Source: Candidatus Nomurabacteria bacterium (GTDB lineage Bacteria > Patescibacteriota > Minisyncoccia > Phycocordibacterales > UBA918). Taken from it: 64,000 nt of DNA. A program made the translations under genes and the position numbers. Where the stretch lies: contig JACKGC010000002.1 of NCBI GenBank assembly GCA_020632135.1, positions 3,325-67,324 on the forward strand, in the 5' to 3' direction. Shown here in pieces: positions 44,849-54,151 of the stretch (positions are counted from its first letter, which is position 1; each line of letters starts with the position of its first letter). The notes beneath the pieces are model-generated. The model ran no database searches, was not told where the DNA came from, and saw only the letters and a list, made by a program, of their open reading frames with translations.

Positions 44849-45382
44849 ATGAAAAGTTTGTGTCTTACTGCAATTCACGCAGGCATTATGCCCGTGCATC
44901 AAGAACGACTTGCCTATATCGATTCGTGCGACTTCAGTCGCTACTTCGACAAGGCAGTTGAACTCGATCTGATAAGTGGTAACGTCGATCGTGAAGCAAT
45001 AATCTTCGCTCTCAAGCAGTACTATGCCATCGCCATGCTCGACCCGGCAAACGGGCATGCGGTGTCTGATGTCGTTGATCCTCTCTGGCATGCACACATG
45101 CTGTTTAGTGAGGAGTATGCTCAGTTTTGCAGCATAGTGGTTGGCGAGTATATGCATCACACGCCTCTGCTTAAGAACGATGATGCGATGCGCATGAAGG
45201 TGCGAGCGCTGTACGACTACACCCTGCTTCGCTTGCGCGAGTGTTTCAGTCACGTCGACGAACGTATGTGGCCGGCGCTTCTAGACGAGCGCCTGATCTG
45301 TATGCATAAGGGTAATCAGTCGATCTACATTGACATGCAGGCAGCTCGTCTTTTTCCTGCGAATCTGGCTTTAGCCACCTAA
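44849..45382 (+). CDS. DUF1399/glycine-rich-domain-protein-like hypothetical
   Basis: VDPLWHAHMLFSEEYAQFCSIVVGEYMHHTP motif. GGAGA RBS before ATG 44849. Confidence 0.55.
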   Translation: MKSLCLTAIHAGIMPVHQERLAYIDSCDFSRYFDKAVELDLISGNVDREAIIFALKQYYAIAMLDPANGHAVSDVVDPLWHAHMLFSEEYAQFCSIVVGEYMHHTPLLKNDDAMRMKVRALYDYTLLRLRECFSHVDERMWPALLDERLICMHKGNQSIYIDMQAARLFPANLALAT

Positions 45383-45460
45383 TTAGGTAGTTTGTTGTAA
45401 CTCTGTCCCTGTACTATGTACTGGGACTTTTATTTTTTATAAAAAGTTCGAACACCATCC

Positions 45461-45564
45461 CATCAGGATTCGAAGACCTTGCCAGCTATTTTGGAGTCTG
45501 AAAGACGAACAAAATAGCGACAAGGTGTACTGAAGCTGTAAGCTTCGAATCCTGCCCGCGGAGC
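45461..45564. repeat. 104-bp repeat, copy 2, ending in att core copy 3
   Basis: See copy 1. Confidence 0.9.
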
Positions 45565-45614
45565 AGATCAAGTACGCTGAGAAATGGGGTGTGCTTTTTG
45601 GTATACTCAAACTA

Positions 45615-45878
45615 ATGAAACAATACAAACAGTGTCAGAGCTGTGGCTTCCCACTCAAGCAGGATAAAAAAGGTGGTGGCACCAATGCAGATGGTACTGT
45701 GAGCGAGAAGTACTGCTCTATGTGTTATGAGAATGGCCAATTCCTCAGTCCGCCAGAAGTTGATACGGCTGAAAAATTTCAGCAGTACTGTATGAAAGAG
45801 ATGAAAAAAGATGGCTGGAATGGAATTCTGGCCTGGTTCTTAACGCGGGGCATTCCGCGACTTGAGCGTTGGAAATGA
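45615..45878 (+). CDS. Zinc-ribbon domain protein
   Basis: CQSCGFPL...GTNADGTVSEKYCSMCYENGQF pattern. Confidence 0.6.
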   Translation: MKQYKQCQSCGFPLKQDKKGGGTNADGTVSEKYCSMCYENGQFLSPPEVDTAEKFQQYCMKEMKKDGWNGILAWFLTRGIPRLERWK

Positions 45879-45957
45879 GCAACAACCCCACCTATAAACT
45901 ATATGACGTTGTCTCGAAAGCGACACAAGATGCCTGAATGAATGCCTCACAGAAATT

Positions 45958-46299
45958 ATGAATGAATGGAATGAGTACTTACAAAAACTAGAGACAGAAC
46001 CAAGGTTGGCTGTGGAGTTTGTGTTATCTACCGCCATCAGATTGGCTCCCAATGCAATCAAGGCAATGCCATACGGGGTTCCGGGGCTAAAACGTAACGG
46101 CAAACCACTCATCGCTGTGGCGGCTCATAAAAATCACTATGGTGTGTATCCATTTAGTCCTAATGTTATTGAGGGTCTCAAACCTCTTTTGGGAGATTTG
46201 GAAACCGCAAAAGGAACAATTCGCTTTCCATATGACAAGAAACCATCAAAACGCCTCATTAGTGAATTGTTGAAGTTGCGAACCAGCGAAATTTTGTAG
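45958..46299 (+). CDS. DUF1801 (YdhG-like) domain protein
   Basis: PYGVPGLKRNGKPLIAVAAHKNHYGVYPFS...AKGTIRFPYDKKPS pattern. Confidence 0.6.
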   Translation: MNEWNEYLQKLETEPRLAVEFVLSTAIRLAPNAIKAMPYGVPGLKRNGKPLIAVAAHKNHYGVYPFSPNVIEGLKPLLGDLETAKGTIRFPYDKKPSKRLISELLKLRTSEIL

Positions 46300-46517
46300 T
46301 TCATCTTCCACATCCTTTCAATCAATCGTTATGGACGTGCTTAGGCCGCGGTGAAAGGTACCCCTTTCTTTGCACACCGTTTCCTAGCGTTTATCAGTAA
46401 GGAACTAACTGTGGCAAAGTAAGGACGTAGAATTGCGAAAAATAACGGACGAGCATCAGTACGCTACAGAAAGAATGTCTGTAGAATGACGTGCAGTTTC
46501 AGGTCAGTTTGGATGTG

Positions 46518-49500
46518 TCAAAAGATAGGAATAACGAAGTAAGTAATGCCGAGCTCATATTCACCTGACTCTTGTAGAGAGGTGACTTCAATTTTATAGA
46601 CGATATCAACTGAGTCATTCGCGATAGGTATGGAGCTGTGAATTATTTCTGCGGGGACAGTATCAAATCCAGCATAGGAATCGTCGGGAGCGAAACGAGT
46701 CGAACCGTTAGCAAGAATATCGTCGCCAGTATGGTAACCAATACACCCCGAACTATCGACTTGGCAAGCAGTATTCCACCCGGAGGGACTGGCGTTTGTG
46801 CTGACGATATTTGGGATGGGGTTATTGTAGGAATTGACCATGTCACCATCAGTTGCCAGCAATACTTGATATCCTTGTGTTGCGTTTGTGTTCACGTTTA
46901 GTCTCTGTGCCGCTTCAATCACTGTATCGGGTAGAAGCGAACCAAAATTGATTTCTGTAGGGGTCGTCAATACGTCAGTGGTTATGCCCTCAGTGGTTAT
47001 TGCTGCACCAACTCCCTGGACTCCAAAGACGAGCGTGGCTCCTTCGGTAACAAGGCTCGGATATGTGCTACTAGCAGCTACGGCAGCACCAGCATTTAGA
47101 TCAAATAGTCTGAAATAGTAGACTCCGTTTGCTCGTGCTCCGGCATGTTGGATAACAAACTCATACTCACGAGTAGCGTTTGCGCTGTGTGTATCACCAG
47201 CCACAAAAATTCCGTCTTCGTTGTGAGTGCCACAGCCAACTCCAACACTGCTGATACAGGAGTCAGAAGTGGTGAGAGTTGTGGTGCTGATAAGTGCGTT
47301 ATTTACACCGCCTCCTTCGGCATAACACCAGGTAGAAGACGCTGTGCAGCTTGAACTGGCTTGCACATCGTGCACATCGCTGAAATCAGGGAACTGGGAA
47401 TACTGTAATTTGAACTTAGTATTATTGCCTTCGACCCCCTTTATTTCTGACACGTTAACACGCAAGCTAGTAGATGAGGCAAACGCAATCTCGATTGGAG
47501 CTACGTTTTCACCTGCCAATGCGGCAGAGGGTGTCTCGTTTTCTGGGTCTCCAAACCAGCGCCAGTGGTTAAGTACTGGTGTAAAACCAGCGGTGCGAAG
47601 TTGCGGGTAATTATTGTAGCCGTCCAGAGTTTCTCCGTTGCTGTTTACAACTCTAAAACAATAAAAGGTAGAACCATTTGCTCCATTGTGTTCTATCACA
47701 AAGTCGTACTCGAAATCTTGATCTTCCTGTACATCGTATGGGTTGGCGAGACTCGGGTTTTGCTCCACGAAACGTCCTCCCACTTCAGATACTGAGTCTA
47801 TGTTGAGCTCGCCGGCTAGTGCTGGATACTCTGATACCGCAATGCCGTCTGCGACACTCGTGTCATATCCACGCCAAATTTCACCACTACCAATAGCTCC
47901 GACATCCGTCCAATCTTCTATTGCCGTACACGTCGATGTGCGGGCGCCATACTGTAGTTTATGTGTACGTAAGCCAGCAGGAAGATCTGCATTCCTCACT
48001 TCTAGTGTTACTCGTAAGCGGATTATCTCTCCTTCAGCGATAGGTTCATCAAGCGCGGTAATAACCGTATTTTCTCCAACGTCGGCAGCACCAAGTGGCC
48101 AGGGGTCGGTGGGATCAAGTGCGTCATTGTTCGCATACCAACGATAGTAATTTTGTCGAATTGATAGGCCGGTAGTGGGCCATTCAACAATCTCGGTGCG
48201 GTAGAAAAAAGGAATTGATGTAACGATATCGCTGTTGTATATCTCAAACGCGGTAGTAGAAGCAAGTGTCACTCCACCGAGTACTCGTGGGTAGTTGGTG
48301 GTATTTTGTTCAAATGCAGACATCGCAAACACTGATGTATTGTTCATGGCATCTACCTCGGTGATGGATATCGAGGCAGTTCGCGGCTCAGTACCTCCGG
48401 TTACAGAACCAGCCTTTTGTTGCACCTTCATTTTACCTTCTGAGGTCTGGGTGTTCTCGATCACCCATGCCACAGACACTTGACCGCTAGAAGTAGCGGC
48501 GTTTGGTGACAGTTTAAAAGAGATCGCGCCAATGCTTGATATCCATACTTCATGTCCAAAGTTTGCCTGCTGGGTTAACGCCCCCATGCGCTTTTGTGTA
48601 TGGAGAAATGTTTGACTGATGCTCGTTACGACATCAATAAGTTCAATTTCAGCTGAGTTAGCCTCTTGATACTCATGTTCAATGCGTTGGACTTGCCAAT
48701 TGACACCGGTGAATTCAACCACGGCATAACTTACCTGAGCATTTGAGCCAGCACCGATGCGTTCAAAAACCGGTTCATTGGTATCACTATTCCACCGCGA
48801 TGTAACTTGGCTGTTGTAATAGCCGTTGGCTGAAGTATTGGCATTTCCCAAACCAGTGATAAATACAACAACATCGCTATCATCACTGATGCCTGAGACC
48901 GCAGTACCAGTCGCTGTGGTATTTGCGCCAGTGAGCGTCACCGTGCCCACATCTCGAACACGCATCTCATTGTCGGTACTCAGCTCACCAATGAATTCAA
49001 TGATCTCCCAAGATACCACTGCTTCTTGTGTCGAATTATTGCGAGCGAGGGTGAATCCACTGGTGAGATCAGACGAATCTGAAATGTATACGGTGGCACG
49101 ATGTGGTTCGACTGTATTGTCAGCGATTGTTCTACCGCCACCTGTATGGTGCATGTTGGTTATGCGCACAAATGCGAGTGAGGTTGAAGCGGGTGCTGTA
49201 TAGGTGGTTGGACCAGGAAGTATCGTGAGTGTACCGACTGCATTCAATATGCTCGTTCCACGCTGGATCCGAAAGTCACGCTTGGCGGCAGTAGAAAGTT
49301 CAGCATATTGACTGTAGGTGGGGAGCGGTGTACCAGCATCAGTAACTCTAAAACAGTAGTTAGTGGCATAGGAAGTAGTGGCTGTTGACGTGATGCTGTA
49401 TTCTAGTTCGACAAACTCGGTGTTAGTGAGTGTGATGTCGTCGCTTTCTGAGTCAGTAGTGAGGACACCTCCATTAGAACTAAGAAAAGTTTTGCCACCG

Positions 49501-52500
49501 GGATTTGAGACTTCACCAAAACCGGCTCCGGTCACGTCTGTGGTGTTCATGCCATGAGTTAGATTGGGTGAATCATACATATCCCATGCGTCTGGAGTAG
49601 CCCCGACATCGGTCCAGACTGAGATGTTCTCACAGGTCGAAAGTTTTACCCCGTATTCAAGGCGAAAAGCACTAGGCACACTGGTTGTTGGCCCAGTATT
49701 TTCTAGACCAAAACGTAATCTAATTTGACTCTCGGCTGGAAACTCAGTTTCAGGCGTGTCTTCTGTGCCGACTGAAGACGAAGCTGTCACTTCTGTGCCG
49801 TTGTCACTGCGCCAGTGGTAATGATTTTGTGTCATAACTGCGCCAGCAAGTGTGGTTGAGCCAGTTATATCAAGTGTCGTAGCTGGCGCCACCGATCCAC
49901 CGCCGCTCACCACCACATCACTCGAACCACTTTGAATGATAATGTCAATTGTCTCACTGTGTTGAGCTGATGCTGTAATGTCTAGAACCGGGTAGACACA
50001 GAGCGCTGACGTGGTTGCGATACCTATTACGTCAGTGAAAGTCGACGTACCGTTAGCGCTACTAAACCCGCTGGTACTGGTGGCGCCGAATTGGAGTTCG
50101 TTACCATCGTAGCTTTCTCCGGTACAGTCGTAGGGTGCTGACGTATCATGGTCGTAGTAGAGACGTACATTGCTGACTCCTGTCGATCCATCGACGGTTC
50201 CATTCTCGGTAAGAGTGATACTAGTGACATTGCGTGAATTTGAGTTTTCGATGATTGCAAAACCACCACCAATATAGAAGTCTGTAGTTGGAATATCAGT
50301 CGTCGCAATTTGCGTACTTGTCGCGCGAACTCTCACGTCAGCAGAAATTGTCACCTCTGGATACTGGTCGTATGACTCGATCGGGACACCGTTATCTGAG
50401 AGTCGGAAACAGTAATTTTGACCTTCAGTAGCGCTGACCGTGGGGATGATTGAAAACTCAGCTTCAGTCCAGTTGGTAGGTAAAAAGGTTAGAGAATCGA
50501 TAGATGAAGTTGTGTCACGTAAACCACCGTTTGGACTGAGAAAGACAGAGTTTTCATTATCAACACCTCCAATACCGACACTTATGTCGGTGCTATTAGT
50601 TCCGTCGTTAATGAAAGTGGAATCATTCATGTCCCAGTCGTCGCTGGTAGCGTCAACGTCAATCCAGTTTAAATCGACAGAACAACTTCCGGAGCTTGTG
50701 GCATAGTCAAGACGAAGTGTGGTCGGAAAGGTTGAGGTCGAGCCTTCGTTTGAGATCCCAAAGCGAATACGCACTGGAGTCTCTTGTTGTAAGGCAGTGA
50801 GGCTGGTGTCTTGAATACCACTCGTGCGTGAAGTTGACGTACCCTCTCCGCCGATGTCGTTGCGGAAGTGAAAGTGGGTTTGTGTTAAAACATCGTCTAC
50901 AATGTTTGTGGTGCCTGAGAGCTCTATAGCTGTGCTTGGTACAGCTGCTTGACCACTTGAGAGCACAACGTCTGAGGCAGGATCCGCAATTGCAACTTCA
51001 AGCGTAGTAGCGTCAGGAGCCGCTTTGACAACTTCAACCACCGGGTAGACACAGAGAGCTTGGGTTGGAGTAATGGTGACAGCATCGGTGAAATTAGACA
51101 CACCATCGGCGCCAGAAAAGCCGTTGGTGTCAGTAGTGCCGTATTGCTCTTCGTTACCATTGAATGAATGTTCGCTACAGTCATATGGGGTGGTGGTGGA
51201 TAGATCATAGTAGAGTGCAATATCACCAACCCCGGTTGCACCATCAATGGTGCCAGTTTCGGTGATTTCGATACTGTTCACAAATCGACTGGCTTGAAAC
51301 TCTTGAATCACAAACGCGCCGCCAATGTGTTGTGCTGATGAACTAGCACGGACAGTACTCACTTGCGAACCCGTAGCGCTCACTTTTGTCTGTGGACTGA
51401 TGTCGGCTAGGGTGTCTCCAAACATATCGTCCGACGTGATCCCGTACCAGCTAACATAAATACGTTCATCGTTACGGTGGTTTAAATCGACACCATACAA
51501 ATCGTCCGCTGCGGAGTTCACTGGTCCTTGTTGGCTACTCCACGTACTCATGGCGCTCGTTGAGGTCGCCCAATACACATTCGCTGTGTTAGCTGTGTTA
51601 ATAGTGGTGCGACCGGTAAAGGCCACATACACATCACCAGTATTTTCATCTAACGAAATGGCGACTCCGGTTATACCCTTAGCGTCGTCGGTGGTCACAT
51701 TGGTGGTATTTGCCCAACTACCGGTGTATTTTGCGGTACGGATATCGTGATTAGCGGTGGTGTAGTTGGCGGCATCAGCATAGACCAGATAAATATTAAA
51801 ATCATCATCGACAACAGCTGACATGGCGGCATCTGATGTAGTGTTTTCGACCGCGTTACTGTCGATAGTTGACCAACTGGTCGGACCGGGCCAGCTACTA
51901 TTATTCCAAATCTGATACTGAATATCGTTTAAGCTGAGGTCACGACGAATGAGCATGATGTTGCCACCGCTTTGTGGCTGCATCAGGATGTAGTCATTTT
52001 GGTTATCAAGTGGCGTAGTGCCCGTTTCGGTCCAATTTCCGGCAGTTTGGCACGTGTTGGTACACTCGATGATCAGAGAGTCTGTAGCATCTGATACTCC
52101 TGCGTACAAAGTGCCATCGGTACCTTTCGTGATAGCAGCGGTATTACCACCCGCGCTCAGTGACCCGAGATACCCTAAGCCGGTTGTGACATTTACCGGT
52201 GTAGTGCCCAGAAGCAGTGTATCGGTGGACGTATCGAGGCGGTTGTACCACAGATCGTCCTCGTTTGTATCCATGGTTAAAATGTGGATATACGAACCAG
52301 TATCTCCAGGTGTCCACTGATCGTACCAGACAATCGGTGAGAAACAATCAGTTTGCGTATCAACTATGCTCGCGCCACCCCAACTTACACCTCCGTTTGT
52401 GGTTTTGGCGTACACACATCTTCCCGTGCTGTCAACATAAAATTTATACCCGGTCTGATCAGAGATAAATACGGTAGCTGCACCTGCGATCATATGCTCC

Positions 52501-52655
52501 GTTTGAGTTGTGCTGACTGAAGCATCAATTTGTACTTGTGCTGCAAAAGCGCGCGGTATCCCTTTAAACAGGAAGACAGCATCGCTCATAATTAGCGAGA
52601 ATAGCAACAAGAAAACACAGCATTTGTAAAAAATGTTTAACTGCTCGCGATACAT
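46518..52655 (-). CDS. Giant (2045 aa) secreted/cell-surface protein with a possible N-terminal beta-propeller, tandem ~350-aa modules and a C-terminal beta-rich domain
   Basis: N-terminal hydrophobic signal/anchor. One BNR-like TTNGGVSW motif. aa 419-772 and 773-1123 are clear paralogous modules. Four copies of a domain starting [HY]x[HYW][FW]R and ending Y[CY]FR[LV]..YP. Confidence 0.85.
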   Translation of the reverse strand: MYREQLNIFYKCCVFLLLFSLIMSDAVFLFKGIPRAFAAQVQIDASVSTTQTEHMIAGAATVFISDQTGYKFYVDSTGRCVYAKTTNGGVSWGGASIVDTQTDCFSPIVWYDQWTPGDTGSYIHILTMDTNEDDLWYNRLDTSTDTLLLGTTPVNVTTGLGYLGSLSAGGNTAAITKGTDGTLYAGVSDATDSLIIECTNTCQTAGNWTETGTTPLDNQNDYILMQPQSGGNIMLIRRDLSLNDIQYQIWNNSSWPGPTSWSTIDSNAVENTTSDAAMSAVVDDDFNIYLVYADAANYTTANHDIRTAKYTGSWANTTNVTTDDAKGITGVAISLDENTGDVYVAFTGRTTINTANTANVYWATSTSAMSTWSSQQGPVNSAADDLYGVDLNHRNDERIYVSWYGITSDDMFGDTLADISPQTKVSATGSQVSTVRASSSAQHIGGAFVIQEFQASRFVNSIEITETGTIDGATGVGDIALYYDLSTTTPYDCSEHSFNGNEEQYGTTDTNGFSGADGVSNFTDAVTITPTQALCVYPVVEVVKAAPDATTLEVAIADPASDVVLSSGQAAVPSTAIELSGTTNIVDDVLTQTHFHFRNDIGGEGTSTSRTSGIQDTSLTALQQETPVRIRFGISNEGSTSTFPTTLRLDYATSSGSCSVDLNWIDVDATSDDWDMNDSTFINDGTNSTDISVGIGGVDNENSVFLSPNGGLRDTTSSIDSLTFLPTNWTEAEFSIIPTVSATEGQNYCFRLSDNGVPIESYDQYPEVTISADVRVRATSTQIATTDIPTTDFYIGGGFAIIENSNSRNVTSITLTENGTVDGSTGVSNVRLYYDHDTSAPYDCTGESYDGNELQFGATSTSGFSSANGTSTFTDVIGIATTSALCVYPVLDITASAQHSETIDIIIQSGSSDVVVSGGGSVAPATTLDITGSTTLAGAVMTQNHYHWRSDNGTEVTASSSVGTEDTPETEFPAESQIRLRFGLENTGPTTSVPSAFRLEYGVKLSTCENISVWTDVGATPDAWDMYDSPNLTHGMNTTDVTGAGFGEVSNPGGKTFLSSNGGVLTTDSESDDITLTNTEFVELEYSITSTATTSYATNYCFRVTDAGTPLPTYSQYAELSTAAKRDFRIQRGTSILNAVGTLTILPGPTTYTAPASTSLAFVRITNMHHTGGGRTIADNTVEPHRATVYISDSSDLTSGFTLARNNSTQEAVVSWEIIEFIGELSTDNEMRVRDVGTVTLTGANTTATGTAVSGISDDSDVVVFITGLGNANTSANGYYNSQVTSRWNSDTNEPVFERIGAGSNAQVSYAVVEFTGVNWQVQRIEHEYQEANSAEIELIDVVTSISQTFLHTQKRMGALTQQANFGHEVWISSIGAISFKLSPNAATSSGQVSVAWVIENTQTSEGKMKVQQKAGSVTGGTEPRTASISITEVDAMNNTSVFAMSAFEQNTTNYPRVLGGVTLASTTAFEIYNSDIVTSIPFFYRTEIVEWPTTGLSIRQNYYRWYANNDALDPTDPWPLGAADVGENTVITALDEPIAEGEIIRLRVTLEVRNADLPAGLRTHKLQYGARTSTCTAIEDWTDVGAIGSGEIWRGYDTSVADGIAVSEYPALAGELNIDSVSEVGGRFVEQNPSLANPYDVQEDQDFEYDFVIEHNGANGSTFYCFRVVNSNGETLDGYNNYPQLRTAGFTPVLNHWRWFGDPENETPSAALAGENVAPIEIAFASSTSLRVNVSEIKGVEGNNTKFKLQYSQFPDFSDVHDVQASSSCTASSTWCYAEGGGVNNALISTTTLTTSDSCISSVGVGCGTHNEDGIFVAGDTHSANATREYEFVIQHAGARANGVYYFRLFDLNAGAAVAASSTYPSLVTEGATLVFGVQGVGAAITTEGITTDVLTTPTEINFGSLLPDTVIEAAQRLNVNTNATQGYQVLLATDGDMVNSYNNPIPNIVSTNASPSGWNTACQVDSSGCIGYHTGDDILANGSTRFAPDDSYAGFDTVPAEIIHSSIPIANDSVDIVYKIEVTSLQESGEYELGITYFVIPIF
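49287..50339 (-). repeat. Protein-level tandem module A2 of the giant protein (aa 773-1123)
   Basis: See A1. Confidence 0.8.
50340..51401 (-). repeat. Protein-level tandem module A1 of the giant protein (aa 419-772)
   Basis: Aligns by eye with A2: IGGAFVIQE/IGGGFAIIE, ALCVYPV in both, HFHFRND/HYHWRSD, IRFGISNEG/LRFGLENTG, NYCFRLSDNG/NYCFRVTDAG. Confidence 0.8.
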
Positions 52656-52930
52656 ACCCCACCTTTGGGGTAGGTGTGAAGTAGCGATATGTGAGCCACA
52701 AATGAATGCATCTCGTACTTTATATTACCCTGTCGGTACTTCTATTATGACACATGAAAATGAGGTGAAAATACAATAGTAAATAACAATTGTGAGCTGT
52801 CGCTGCGGTGAGCTGCCAAGCAGCCAAGTGGCGGGTGGTGTAGTGGTGCTTGACTGGCGGTCCCAGCATATATTGACATACTGAGCTCGCTGGGTACCAT
52901 GTCCGTAGGATCTATGACAGGAGGTGTGCA

Positions 52931-53323
52931 GTGAAAGAAAAAGCGATGTCCTTTGTGAAGGCGGCCTTGATCTTCTATGCGATAGGAGTGGGGCTGCTGT
53001 TCTACTACAAGGATTCGGTGACGCAGCATATGCAGCAGTTTTTCACCGAAAAGTACTACGAGATGGCCTACCAATCGGTCGCGGATGGCAAGTTTGACGA
53101 ACGATACAAGCACCAGTACGCGAAAGGAGTCGCCAATTGCTTCGTGAAGCGTCTGTTCAATGGGGTGAGCGATACAGAGGTGGTCGTGATGATCGCCACG
53201 CTTGGTAAGATGAAGCCTAAGGAGATGCCCGGTCAGGAGGACTACGAAGAGTGCGAGCTATGGGCCATGGCAGGAGTTGGTCTGCAGGGGTTGGCTGATT
53301 GGTTAAGTAGACCCACGCGCTAG
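52931..53323 (+). CDS. Hypothetical membrane-anchored protein
   Basis: AGGAGG 6 nt upstream of GTG 52931. N-terminal TM helix. A terminator follows. Confidence 0.5.
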   Translation: MKEKAMSFVKAALIFYAIGVGLLFYYKDSVTQHMQQFFTEKYYEMAYQSVADGKFDERYKHQYAKGVANCFVKRLFNGVSDTEVVVMIATLGKMKPKEMPGQEDYEECELWAMAGVGLQGLADWLSRPTR

Positions 53324-53330
53324 CTCTACC

Positions 53331-53365
53331 AAGAGCATACTATTTTCAGTATGCTCTTTCTTTTC
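53331..53365 (+). terminator. Rho-independent terminator
   Basis: AAGAGCATACT-attttc-AGTATGCTCTT followed by TCTTTTC. Confidence 0.7.
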
Positions 53366-53433
53366 TCGTTGTCGGCTCGGTGTGGCTATGGTAGGGTGGC
53401 GAAGGAATCATTTGGTACTACAGGAGGACTGAG

Positions 53434-54084
53434 ATGTGGGATGATGATGAGTTCTTTAAGCATCAGGTGTCACGCGCAACCGGCACAGACATAGGTGGGG
53501 CGTGGGGAGCGATCGGTGCGCAGGAGCACCAAAACGAAAAAACACGCCAGGAAGCTTTTAATCAGCCCCGTGACTTGCGTACCCCGAAACGGTCTAGGCC
53601 GCTAGAGACCGAGCGGCCGCAACTAACAAAACAGCAGCGTGCCGAGTTGCGGGCTCGTGCGGCAGCCGCCGAGCAGAGACGCAAGCGGTTTTGGCACGTT
53701 ATACGTTCGGTCATATACTTTGGTGTGGTTAGCCTGTGTGCGTTGATCGCAATCGGTATCATCGGCGAGCAGGCACCAACTACGCCTGATTGGATCACTA
53801 CGTTAGACTGTATGGCGATCGGGGGTGCTGTGGCGGCGATGGTCTTGTTGTATGCCGCGTTCAATGCAAAGTCGTATGTACAACGATTTGGAGTGTTAGT
53901 GCGGAGCATGTTGTTCCACCTGATACCGTTTGGGATCGCTGTGGCATACTCTGCAGTACGTTCGGGGGCCACTGATCGTGCGTCCGAGATAGCTCACGTC
54001 CTGCTTTGGTGGACCTACGGGTATTTGGTGGTATTGCTGCCGGCTGTACTGCTCGTGTGGTTGTTCACGACGCGTGCGAAATGA
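53434..54084 (+). CDS. Hypothetical membrane protein (basic N-terminal region plus 4 TM)
   Basis: AGGAGG RBS. 216-aa ORF. Confidence 0.55.
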   Translation: MWDDDEFFKHQVSRATGTDIGGAWGAIGAQEHQNEKTRQEAFNQPRDLRTPKRSRPLETERPQLTKQQRAELRARAAAAEQRRKRFWHVIRSVIYFGVVSLCALIAIGIIGEQAPTTPDWITTLDCMAIGGAVAAMVLLYAAFNAKSYVQRFGVLVRSMLFHLIPFGIAVAYSAVRSGATDRASEIAHVLLWWTYGYLVVLLPAVLLVWLFTTRAK

Positions 54085-54100
54085 AGCGTGGTAATACAAG

Positions 54101-54130
54101 GCCAGCTCCCGAAGGGAGCTGGCCATTTTA
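54101..54130. terminator. Bidirectional terminator
   Basis: GGCCAGCTCCC-gaa-GGGAGCTGGCC followed by ATTTT. Confidence 0.7.
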
Positions 54131-54151
54131 TTATTCGCAATTTCAGGCTTT

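Larger units (their letters stand above)
33218..45564. mobile_element. Composite AT-rich genomic island at the 3' end of tRNA-Asn
   Basis: The 21-bp core TTCGAATCCTGCCCGCGGAGC occurs at 33218-33238 (in the tRNA), 41012-41032 and 45544-45564. Sequence between them is visibly more AT-rich than the flanks: a sampled line at 37201 has 18 of 60 G+C, against 29 of 60 at 17641. Confidence 0.8.
41033..45564. mobile_element. Module 2: att-flanked module without an integrase (CIME-like) carrying the radical SAM/RiPP-like cluster
   Basis: Bounded by att core copies 2 and 3. No recombinase ORF inside. Confidence 0.6.

Noticed and set aside
44795-45253. 152-aa minus-strand ORF
   Set aside because: It overlaps the plus-strand DUF1399-like gene, which has a GGAGA RBS and a conserved WHAHML motif. 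It has no motif or RBS of its own.
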